DNA of 42,105 nt. It comes from Nanobdellota archaeon (GTDB lineage Archaea; Nanobdellota; Nanobdellia; Woesearchaeales; GW2011-AR4). Shown here in pieces: positions 8,387 to 15,847 of the stretch. The notes under the pieces were generated by a model. The model was not told the origin of the DNA. It did not search any database and worked only from the letters and a program-made list of their open reading frames with translations. Positions within the stretch are counted from its first letter, which is position 1; every line of letters begins with the position of its first letter. Made by a program: the position numbers and the translations under genes. The stretch lies in assembly GCA_022565235.1 (NCBI GenBank), contig JADFJW010000002.1:1-42105 (forward strand), given 5' to 3'.

Positions 8387-9508
8387 ATGTATGATATCGT
8401 TAATGAAGGGTCTGCAGTCATAAAAATAAAGAAAGCAGATAAAATATCCAAAGAGATGGATGTTTTCTATAATCCAGTAATGAGGATTAATAGGGATATT
8501 TCTATTTTGTTGTTAAACGCTATTGATAATGAAAATATGCAGATTGCCCTGCCTTTGGCCGGTTCTGGCATCAGGGGAATGAGGTTTCTGAAAGAGTTAA
8601 GGAAAAATAAGGTTAAGAGTGTGAGTTTCAATGATTACAGTGCAAAAGCAGTTGCATCAATGAAAAATAGTTTAAAGCTCAATAAATTAAAAAATAAAAA
8701 AAAAATCCAGATTCATAATGAAGATGCCAATCTGTTCTTATTAAACTCCAAGGGTTTTGACTATATAGATGTTGACCCTTTCGGAAGCTCAAATCCTTAC
8801 TTAGATGCTGCAGTCAAAAGAATTTCTAGAAACGGAATTTTGGCTGTAACCAATACGGATACTGCTGCTTTGACTGGAACTTATCCAGAGGCCTGTGCCA
8901 GGAAATACTGGAGTTCTCCTAAAAGGGATTACATGATGCATGAAATTGGATTAAGAATATTGATCAGAAAGGTACAATTAACAGGAATGCAGTATGAAAA
9001 GGCTTTGTTTCCCATATTTTCGTATTTTAAGGACCATTATTTCAGAATATTTTTTCAATGCATCAAAGGGAAGAAACTATGTGATGGAATTGCTTTGGAA
9101 CATGGTATGTTTAATAATGCGGGGCCGTTGTGGTTGGGTAATTTATTTGATAGTAAGTTAGTCAATAAGATGCATAGTGCACTAAAAAATTACAATGAAA
9201 AAAATCCAATTAAAAATAATAATGTCATGAAAATCGAAGATTTTCAGGACACCGGAAATCGTAGATTTCCGCGTGAACTAATTAAATTCTTAAAAACTAT
9301 TAAAGATGAATCAAAAATTGATGTTGTTGGGTTTTATGATCTTCACGATATTACTGGAAAGAAAAAAATGAGGACGATGGACACAAAAATCAATATTATC
9401 AAAAAAATAAATAAGAAAGGGTTTAAGGCTTCAAATACTCATTTTTCCGGGACGGGAGTTAGGTCTGATATCCCTTATAATAAATTATTGCCGTTATTGA
9501 AAGAATAA
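8387..9508 (+). CDS. trm1: tRNA (guanine26-N2)-dimethyltransferase Trm1
   Basis: VFYNPVMRINRDISILLL is the hallmark Trm1 N-terminal motif. An SAM-binding region LAGSGIRGMRF is also present. Confidence 0.9.
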   Translation: MYDIVNEGSAVIKIKKADKISKEMDVFYNPVMRINRDISILLLNAIDNENMQIALPLAGSGIRGMRFLKELRKNKVKSVSFNDYSAKAVASMKNSLKLNKLKNKKKIQIHNEDANLFLLNSKGFDYIDVDPFGSSNPYLDAAVKRISRNGILAVTNTDTAALTGTYPEACARKYWSSPKRDYMMHEIGLRILIRKVQLTGMQYEKALFPIFSYFKDHYFRIFFQCIKGKKLCDGIALEHGMFNNAGPLWLGNLFDSKLVNKMHSALKNYNEKNPIKNNNVMKIEDFQDTGNRRFPRELIKFLKTIKDESKIDVVGFYDLHDITGKKKMRTMDTKINIIKKINKKGFKASNTHFSGTGVRSDIPYNKLLPLLKE

Positions 9509-9556
9509 ATTTTTATATTAGTATTGTTATATTATGCATTACAAAAAAGAGGCAGA

Positions 9557-9803
9557 ATGAGAAATCTAAAATTTAATAGTAATTTGCTTTATATTGCGAC
9601 CGTTGTTATAGTTGTTATTATACTCTTCTTGGGGCAAAGAAGGGGAGGAGAATCGGGATTGTGCCGGCATAAATGGCCAGTTTGAATGGCTGTATAGCGG
9701 GCAGAGCCTTTGCGTCATAACAAAAGAAGGCCGAATAGCAGCAATAGGCAGCACTTGGGAAGATACAGAAAATGTGGAGCTTACTTTTAAAGTGTTTAGC
9801 TAA
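9557..9803 (+). pseudogene. Small membrane-anchored protein split over two frames (frameshift, sequencing error or two tiny ORFs)
   Basis: The ATG at 9557 gives MRNLKFNSNLLYIATVVIVVIILFLGQRRGGESGLCRHKWPV*, a TM anchor. The overlapping frame 9612..9803 has no ATG but encodes 63 aa with normal composition (...CAGINGQFEWLYSGQSLCVITKEGRIAAIGSTWEDTENVELTFKVFS). One indel near the G-runs at 9631-9650 would fuse them. Confidence 0.3.
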
Positions 9804-10078
9804 CCAATTGCCCTTCTAACATCAACTGCTTCTACAGAATTAACTCCAGGAATTGTTTTTATGCTTTCTTCTAAAGAGTCTGTAGAGCCTTTGCTTTCAT
9901 CCATTACAAATATTATTTTTATTGCTTTAAGGCCGAATGCTATTGGCTCCTGCTCTGTCTTAATTTCCCGAGTTTGGGAGAAATCTATAATTTTCTTTTT
10001 TGCGTCAGTCTCTATGGTGTTTAAATTAATCTCAGGGCTTTTCGGCATTATTTTTAATGTTATAACTACTTGGGACAT
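9800..10078 (-). CDS. ef1b: Elongation factor 1-beta (aEF-1beta)
   Basis: 92 aa. VVITLKIMPKSPEINL...FGLKAIKIIFVMDE...IPGVNSVEAVDVRRA is typical of archaeal EF-1beta. Confidence 0.85.
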   Translation of the reverse strand: MSQVVITLKIMPKSPEINLNTIETDAKKKIIDFSQTREIKTEQEPIAFGLKAIKIIFVMDESKGSTDSLEESIKTIPGVNSVEAVDVRRAIG

Positions 10079-10080
10079 TT

Positions 10081-10257
10081 TTAATTAGGTCCTTCGAACT
10101 TACAATTCCCACATACATATTTAGCTGCTATTTTCCTGCAATGTGCACACCTGATGATTTCTGTTTTGCCGCAATCGGGGCAATTAAATCTAGCAGTACC
10201 TTTTGAATTTGTAACACTTTTCTTGCATGACGAGCATACTAATTTTTCTTTTGGCAT
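10081..10257 (-). CDS. Four-Cys-pair zinc-ribbon protein (COG2888-like) upstream of aEF-1beta
   Basis: Not in the ORF track. My translation is MPKEKLVCSSCKKSVTNSKGTARFNCPDCGKTEIIRCAHCRKIAAKYVCGNCKFEGPN*. The stop lies 2 nt before the ef1b start. Pairing of a Zn-ribbon gene with ef1b is a conserved archaeal arrangement. Confidence 0.7.
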   Translation of the reverse strand: MPKEKLVCSSCKKSVTNSKGTARFNCPDCGKTEIIRCAHCRKIAAKYVCGNCKFEGPN

Positions 10258-10304
10258 ATATTTTAGAATTGGAGTTTTATTTATAAAGGTTATTATTTAG
10301 GAGT

Positions 10305-11405
10305 TTATTTGATCTTTGTAGAAATAGTATTATCGTTTCCGCCTATTGAGAAAGTTTTTCCCAGGAATTTTTCTATTGCATAGATGTTTGTTTTTGCGTG
10401 GTCAGTTATTTTTGATACTTTAATGCTGCTGTTGGAAACCAAAGCCATTATTGGCAAAATTTGATCTGCAAGATGCGCATCTACTGGTGCTTTGCTTTCA
10501 ATTTCTTTAATTAAATTCTGAGCTGCTTCTTTGCCGACAATTTCGGCTTTTTTTCCTCTTTCCCCTAATGCATCTGCACCAAGCCTTATCGGGTTTCTAA
10601 TATCTATCTCATCCTCATCTTTTGAAAATACTGCCCACAGAGCTATTCCAGAACCGGTTGATAAAGTATTACCATATTCTATTCGTATATTTATTGGGCA
10701 TTTATATTGCTGCAAAGTAATTTCAGTTGCCTTTGCCTGCCGTTCTGCTACTTGCGCATTCTGCAAATCAAGAGAAGCGTGAGAAATACCCTTTATCTGA
10801 ATCAAATTTCCTTGCTCTGTAAGATTTATTTTTGGAGCATTTTCTTTTAGATTATTATGGAATTCATTGAAATCTTTGAAATCAGAAATTTTGTATATTG
10901 GTTTAATCTTTATTTGTACTTGACCATTGCCTTTCGGATAATAGCCGCGTTTAATTAATTTGCATTCTATGTCTGCGTATTTTTGTAATTGCGGTAGGAA
11001 AACTTCCTTGAAGTAGTCTATCGGCGCTGCAAATTTTGCATCTGTACCGCCAGTTATGTTTAATTTTACAGTCTTGTTTGCAAACATTGATGGCAATAAA
11101 ATTGCTTGTAAGAATAAAGAAATTGATCCTGCAGTCTGTATATCAATATCTATTGTTTTTCCCTCAATTTTTCCAGGAGAATATTTTAAGGATACAGAGC
11201 CTAATGATGCCCCTTCTGATTTTGCACTACATAGTTTTTCCAGAGCTTTGATGCAGAACAAATGCTGGTTCTTTAATCCTGATTGCGGCCTGTTTTTCCT
11301 TATATTTGTTATTTCAAACGGCTGTTGGGTTATTGTTGATAGTGCTAGAGCTATGCGGGCTATGGATCCACCTCCTTCATTATGGGCTCCATCTAATCTT
11401 ATCAT
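10305..11405 (-). CDS. rtcA: RNA 3'-terminal phosphate cyclase
   Basis: MIRLDGAHNEGGGSIARIALALSTITQQPFEITNIRKNRPQSGLKNQHL is the RtcA N-terminal signature. Length of 366 aa fits the family. Confidence 0.9.
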   Translation of the reverse strand: MIRLDGAHNEGGGSIARIALALSTITQQPFEITNIRKNRPQSGLKNQHLFCIKALEKLCSAKSEGASLGSVSLKYSPGKIEGKTIDIDIQTAGSISLFLQAILLPSMFANKTVKLNITGGTDAKFAAPIDYFKEVFLPQLQKYADIECKLIKRGYYPKGNGQVQIKIKPIYKISDFKDFNEFHNNLKENAPKINLTEQGNLIQIKGISHASLDLQNAQVAERQAKATEITLQQYKCPINIRIEYGNTLSTGSGIALWAVFSKDEDEIDIRNPIRLGADALGERGKKAEIVGKEAAQNLIKEIESKAPVDAHLADQILPIMALVSNSSIKVSKITDHAKTNIYAIEKFLGKTFSIGGNDNTISTKIK

Positions 11406-11445
11406 AGAAATAAAGAATAAGGTTATTGTTTAAAAAGATATATAA

Positions 11446-11844
11446 ATGATTAGTTTAAATTTTATTAAAATGGGAATGCAAGATAAGATTAATGAACTAT
11501 TCCGGGCTATCGATTCAATGGACGCAGATAGATTTATTACTTTTCTTACAGAAGATGCTCAGTTTAAGTTTGGAAACAATCCAAAAGTAATTGGCAAAGA
11601 TGCAGTAAAGGAAGCAGTTAAAGAGTTCTTTTCAAGCATTAAGGGCTTAAGCCATGAAGTTATTAATACTTGGTCGCATCCAGATACCATCATATGCCAG
11701 GGTGAGGTCACCTACACGAGGAAGGATGACAGCAAAGTTACAATTCCGTTCGTTAATATATTTGGTATAAAAGAAAATCTTGTTAAGGATTATTTGATTT
11801 ATATTGATATTGCTCCTCTTTTTGCAAATCTTGGTAAGAATTAA
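11446..11844 (+). CDS. SnoaL/NTF2-like fold protein
   Basis: INELFRAIDSMDADRFITFLTEDAQFKFGNNPKVIGKDAV fits the SnoaL-like domain pattern. The start could be an internal Met at 11470 or 11476. Confidence 0.55.
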   Translation: MISLNFIKMGMQDKINELFRAIDSMDADRFITFLTEDAQFKFGNNPKVIGKDAVKEAVKEFFSSIKGLSHEVINTWSHPDTIICQGEVTYTRKDDSKVTIPFVNIFGIKENLVKDYLIYIDIAPLFANLGKN

Positions 11845-12095
11845 ATATTCTCTATGTCTGCAAGTATAGCATCTATATCTCCTAGTTCAGATGCATCAAG
11901 CTCATCATCTATATTTCCGGCATCAGAAATGTCTTCTGCAATCTCATCTATGGAAGCTTCCCCCGTTGTTTCTGCAGGCGCTTGAACTGGCGCTTCCGGT
12001 GCAACAGGTGCTGCAGGACCCGGCTTAGGTGCACAACTAGCTATTAAAACCAATGCCAACATTATTAATAAGCTAAAATTTAATTTTTTAATCAT
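11841..12095 (-). CDS. Small acidic lipoprotein-like secreted protein
   Basis: Signal peptide plus lipobox-like LIASC, a Pro/Ala-rich linker and an Asp/Glu-rich tail. It sits 15 nt downstream of the coiled-coil gene. Confidence 0.45.
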   Translation of the reverse strand: MIKKLNFSLLIMLALVLIASCAPKPGPAAPVAPEAPVQAPAETTGEASIDEIAEDISDAGNIDDELDASELGDIDAILADIENI

Positions 12096-12110
12096 TTAAT
12101 CACCAATTTT

Positions 12111-13811
12111 TTATTCAAATTCTGTTTCAATTTCTATTTTTACTTTATCTTCTGTTGTTTCGACTAAACTTTCTGCTAATTCGTCCACTAAAGCTTGTTG
12201 TTCGTCTGTTAGTGTTCCTTCTATTTCTTTTTTGATCTCGATTTCGTCATCTTCTACCTTTGCTTCTATCTCTATTTCTGCGTTAGTTTTGGTTTCTTCC
12301 AAGCTGCTTACTAATGAATCTACAGTTGATTGCTGATCTTCTGTCAATAATCCTTCTATCTCTACCTTGACGGTTTGCTTTCCTTCTATCTCTTCTTCTT
12401 CCTCATCTTCTATTTCCACTAATTCGTCTTCATCTTCTGCTTCGAAATCAACTTCTTTGTAAACTGCCTTGATTTCCCTTGTTATTTCCTTTAATATGCC
12501 ATGTGCCTCTTTTAGGCTGTCATGAGCTTCTCTTGTAAAGGATTTTGCTTCCTTCAACAGAATTTTTCTGTCTTCATCAACGCCAGTTGCCTTTCCTTCT
12601 TTGAACTTTTCTTGGGATTGTTTTAGTTTTTCTCTTGCATCAGCGACTTTATTGCTAAATTCAGCAACTTTTTCATCTATATCATCTACTTCAATCCCTT
12701 TCTCTTCCATCTCTGCAAGAATCCTGTCAAGTTTTCTCTCTAATTGCTCACTATTCCTTAATATGCTCCTTATTTTTCCATTGACAACTTCTCTTGAATG
12801 CTGATCTGCTTTTACCTTTATTCTCTTCCAGGATGCATTTATTTTCTTTGCTGCTGCCTTTATCTCTTCTTTTGTTGCTGCTGCCTCTACATTCGCTTTT
12901 GCATCATTAATCTCGGAAATTTTTTCATCTAAATCAGCTGCAATAACATTAACTTCTTCTTCAGTTAAATCTTCTGATTCGAGAACTTTGTTTTTTACCT
13001 TCTCAAGGTGAGCCATTATTGCATCTGCTGCCCTTAGCAAACCTTGCTTTGCATGCTCTATTACTGCATCGTCATCTCCTGTGTCTTTTGCCTCTAACAA
13101 TAATCTTCTTCTTTCCTTTACTTTTTCATTAGCTTCATTAAGCTCTTCTTCTGCTTGTTCGAATTTTTCTCTTATCTCAATTTTTTTGTCTTCTAAAACT
13201 ATCCTTTTCTTGAATTTTAATCTTTTATCAACTACCTTGATTTTTATCTTATCCAGCCTTTCCTTCATTTCTGCTTTTCCTAGTTTAGAAATCTCTTCTA
13301 ATCTTGCCCAGTCTAAATTGGAAAGCTTTTCTATTTGTCTTGCATCAAGATCAGCTATTTTTTTGAGCTGCTCTTCACTCAAGCCAACCATCTTACGAAA
13401 CCTGGATTCTTTGACTTCTGTTAGTTTAGATATTTGATCTTGCCTTAAACCTGATAATTTTTCAATTTTTCTTTCATCTAATTTTCTGACTCTTTCAAAT
13501 TTTTCTTTTCTGAGATCTGTAAATTTTCTTTCTTTAAGCAGATCGTCTTTTGAAAGTCTTGCTCTGATGAGTGTTGGTCTTGAAACATCTCTTAAAATTC
13601 TATCACTATCCTTTATTCGATTTTCAAGCACTTTGAGCCTATCTTTCTCTAAATCATCAGCTTCTTTTTGCTGATCTTCAATTGCTTTTAGTCTATCTTC
13701 TCTTAAGTCGCTAAGTCTCTTTTGTTCATCTGTAAGATCCTGAGCGATAGAAATAGGCATTATGCTAATTAAAAAAACTGCTAATGTAAATATTGTTGCT
13801 ATTTTATTCAT
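12111..13811 (-). CDS. Secreted acidic coiled-coil protein with internal repeats
   Basis: I prefer the ATG at 13811 (MNKIATIFTLAVFLISIMPISIAQ, a signal peptide), which is preceded by GGAGGT 8 nt upstream. There are repeated xxQIxKLSxL heptad-like units. A duplicated ~40-aa C-terminal unit reads EIEG(L/T)LT(E/D)(D/E)QQ..VD.L..SL.ET. Confidence 0.65.
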   Translation of the reverse strand: MNKIATIFTLAVFLISIMPISIAQDLTDEQKRLSDLREDRLKAIEDQQKEADDLEKDRLKVLENRIKDSDRILRDVSRPTLIRARLSKDDLLKERKFTDLRKEKFERVRKLDERKIEKLSGLRQDQISKLTEVKESRFRKMVGLSEEQLKKIADLDARQIEKLSNLDWARLEEISKLGKAEMKERLDKIKIKVVDKRLKFKKRIVLEDKKIEIREKFEQAEEELNEANEKVKERRRLLLEAKDTGDDDAVIEHAKQGLLRAADAIMAHLEKVKNKVLESEDLTEEEVNVIAADLDEKISEINDAKANVEAAATKEEIKAAAKKINASWKRIKVKADQHSREVVNGKIRSILRNSEQLERKLDRILAEMEEKGIEVDDIDEKVAEFSNKVADAREKLKQSQEKFKEGKATGVDEDRKILLKEAKSFTREAHDSLKEAHGILKEITREIKAVYKEVDFEAEDEDELVEIEDEEEEEIEGKQTVKVEIEGLLTEDQQSTVDSLVSSLEETKTNAEIEIEAKVEDDEIEIKKEIEGTLTDEQQALVDELAESLVETTEDKVKIEIETEFE

Positions 13812-13868
13812 TTTTATTACCTCCGCACTCAAAGTTTATAAATTTTTAGTTCTACTTTTATATAGTTA

Positions 13869-13892
13869 ATGCTCATTATTGATAATGAGCAT
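13869..13892. promoter_or_regulatory. Perfect 11-bp inverted repeat (candidate operator)
   Basis: ATGCTCATTAT-tg-ATAATGAGCAT. It lies just upstream of TATA-like TATATAAAAG/TTTATAAA boxes for the minus-strand coiled-coil gene. Confidence 0.4.
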
Positions 13893-14059
13893 AAAGAAGA
13901 TATGCTATTTTATTTATAAAGAAACTTTTTTTATCAAAAAAATAAGGTTTTTATAGTGCTTTTAAAGCTTCACAAAGCTTTATTCGGGCTTATTTTACTT
14001 TTTAGAGGTATTTTTATTCATGTTTGGGGATTATGATATATTATTGTGCTTTTTTATGT

Positions 14060-14196
14060 TTAGAAATCGCAATACCCACAACTTTAGTTGTGGGACGTAG
14101 CGATTTCTGACATCCTAGAAATCAACCTGTCAAAAGAAAGTGCATCTTCAAACTCCATACTTTAGTATGGGCTGATGCACTTTCGGCTGATTTCTA
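14060..14196. ncRNA. Tandem pair of nested hairpins (candidate small structured RNA or palindromic repeat element)
   Basis: Unit 1 spans 14060-14110. Its outer stem is TTAGAAATCGC/GCGATTTCTGA and its inner hairpin is CCCACAAC-ttta-GTTGTGGG. Unit 2 spans 14116-14196. Its outer stem is TAGAAATCA/TGATTTCTA, its middle stem is GAAAGTGCATC/GATGCACTTTC and its apex is CCATAC-ttta-GTATGG. Confidence 0.35.
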
Positions 14197-14240
14197 TGAT
14201 TTTGAGAAAATTTTTATATAGCACTAACTAATCAGAGATT

Positions 14241-14897
14241 ATGAGACTTATAATTCCATTTGTAATGCTGTTATTGTTTCCCCAATTAGTTTTTTCTGCA
14301 ACTATATATGGAACCATTTATGACCTGTCTTTAGATAAAGCAAAGGATGTCAGAGTTGAAATCAATACGGAGCCAAAACAGCTTTACGTATCGAAAAACG
14401 GGAGTTATGCATTTAATGTCCCGAATGGCAATTATAAAGTAGAAGCAAAGCAGTATATTGGAAATTTTTTGGAATCTTCGGTATTGGAGAATATTACAGT
14501 CAAGGACGATGGCAATTATGTCCTTGATTTGATTTTATTTCCCAGCTTAGATGAAGGTGAGCTTGAATATGATATTGACATTATAAATCCTTTTCCTGAA
14601 ACAAGGACAAATATTCAGCTTTTGATTTTATTTTTGGTCATAGCTTTCATTGTATTTTATATCATAAGAAATACCAGTTTTAAGGCTAAAAAAGAAGAAG
14701 ATATAGATCTGGAGAGAATAATAAAAATAATTAAGCAGGAAGGCGGAAGGACCACGCAAAAACATATAAGGAAGCAAATACCCTTATCGGAGGCCAAAAT
14801 AAGCCTTATGATTGATGAGCTGGAGCATAAGGAAGTTATTGAAAAAATAAAGAAAGGCAGAGGGAATATAATTATTTTGAAATCAAAAACATTATAA
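14241..14897 (+). CDS. Membrane-anchored protein: signal peptide, CarboxypepD_reg-like beta-sandwich, TM helix, cytoplasmic winged helix-turn-helix
   Basis: ATIYGTIYD...VSKNGSYAFNVPNGNYKVEAK fits the carboxypeptidase regulatory-like domain. The TM helix is IQLLILFLVIAFIVFYII. The C-terminal IIKQEGGRTTQKHIRKQIPLSEAKISLMIDELEHKEVIEKIKKGRGNII is wHTH-like. Confidence 0.6.
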   Translation: MRLIIPFVMLLLFPQLVFSATIYGTIYDLSLDKAKDVRVEINTEPKQLYVSKNGSYAFNVPNGNYKVEAKQYIGNFLESSVLENITVKDDGNYVLDLILFPSLDEGELEYDIDIINPFPETRTNIQLLILFLVIAFIVFYIIRNTSFKAKKEEDIDLERIIKIIKQEGGRTTQKHIRKQIPLSEAKISLMIDELEHKEVIEKIKKGRGNIIILKSKTL

Positions 14898-14934
14898 ATC
14901 TCAACTGTTTCAATATTTTTAGGGGGTGTAGTTA

Positions 14935-15723
14935 TTGTCAGCTGAAAAAGAAGTTGTTAATTTTTGGCTTAACAGGAAAGGATATTTTACTGTTAATAAT
15001 CTTAAGAGTGGAAACAAAGATATTGGAATTCTTGCTTTAAAATTCGATAAGGGAACTTTAACCCATATAATGCATGTCGAGGTTAACTGCTCAATAACAG
15101 GGTTTAGTGAGCAAAACAACGCAATTTACGGGCTTGTAGGAGATAAATTTGAAAACAAAAATATTACTGACACAATAAAAAGATATACAAAAGAGATGAG
15201 CAAAGATGTCGAGATAGAGAATGTTGCTGTTTTAAACTCATTGCCGAAGGATAAGGATAGCATAGTGAGGAAGTTGGAGAAAAACGGCATTATACTGATG
15301 GAGTTTGAAGACATAATTTCTGATGTCATGAAAGAGCTGAAAACAGAGTATTTCAAGAATGATGTCATAAGGACTATGCAGCTTACAAAATTTTTACTGA
15401 TATCTAATCCTAAAAAGTTTGTTGATGTCCTATATGACACATTAAGCCAAGGAAAAAGAAAGGAGTTCTTGGCCGAGTTGTTGAATAGAGATGATGTGAT
15501 AAGGGAGTTCAGGCAAACAAATGAGGAAAGATTAGCTTTAATTTTAAAGGAATCCGCGATAAAGCCAGAGAAGCTTGCAGAGATTTTGGAGAAAGATGTC
15601 CTGAACAGGAGAACGAGGAAGCCCTTTATTACAGCTTTAATGGAGCAAAAGAGGATAGGAAAGGTTTACAAAAAAGAGTTACGGGTCAAAAAGGAAAAGC
15701 CGTTGAGTAAGTTTTTTGGTTAG
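14935..15723 (+). CDS. Hypothetical protein with possible N-terminal PD-(D/E)xK (YraN-like) nuclease fold
   Basis: TTG start 6 nt after a strong SD (AGGGGGTG). EKEVVNFWLNRKGYFTVNNLKSGNKDIGILALKF resembles the E...L...GY.....N......IDIIA pattern of UPF0102/YraN. Confidence 0.5.
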   Translation: MSAEKEVVNFWLNRKGYFTVNNLKSGNKDIGILALKFDKGTLTHIMHVEVNCSITGFSEQNNAIYGLVGDKFENKNITDTIKRYTKEMSKDVEIENVAVLNSLPKDKDSIVRKLEKNGIILMEFEDIISDVMKELKTEYFKNDVIRTMQLTKFLLISNPKKFVDVLYDTLSQGKRKEFLAELLNRDDVIREFRQTNEERLALILKESAIKPEKLAEILEKDVLNRRTRKPFITALMEQKRIGKVYKKELRVKKEKPLSKFFG

Positions 15724-15847
15724 GAGAATTATTGATAAAAATAAATCTTGTTACTAGCATCTATTGTTTTTGGAGTTGTTGGTTTTTTGCCCTGGAGTAT
15801 GTATAAGGCCAGTACAACAAAATAAAAACAATTTTAATAATAATAAA

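Noticed and set aside
9566-9754. 62-aa minus-strand ORF in the trm1-ef1b spacer.
   Set aside because: Its Pro/Ser/Asn-rich composition is odd and it is antisense to the better-behaved plus-strand frames.
15752-15826. Possible 24-aa TTG-initiated hydrophobic peptide in the 124-nt gap.
   Set aside because: It has no SD or ATG, and its length is too short to distinguish from chance.
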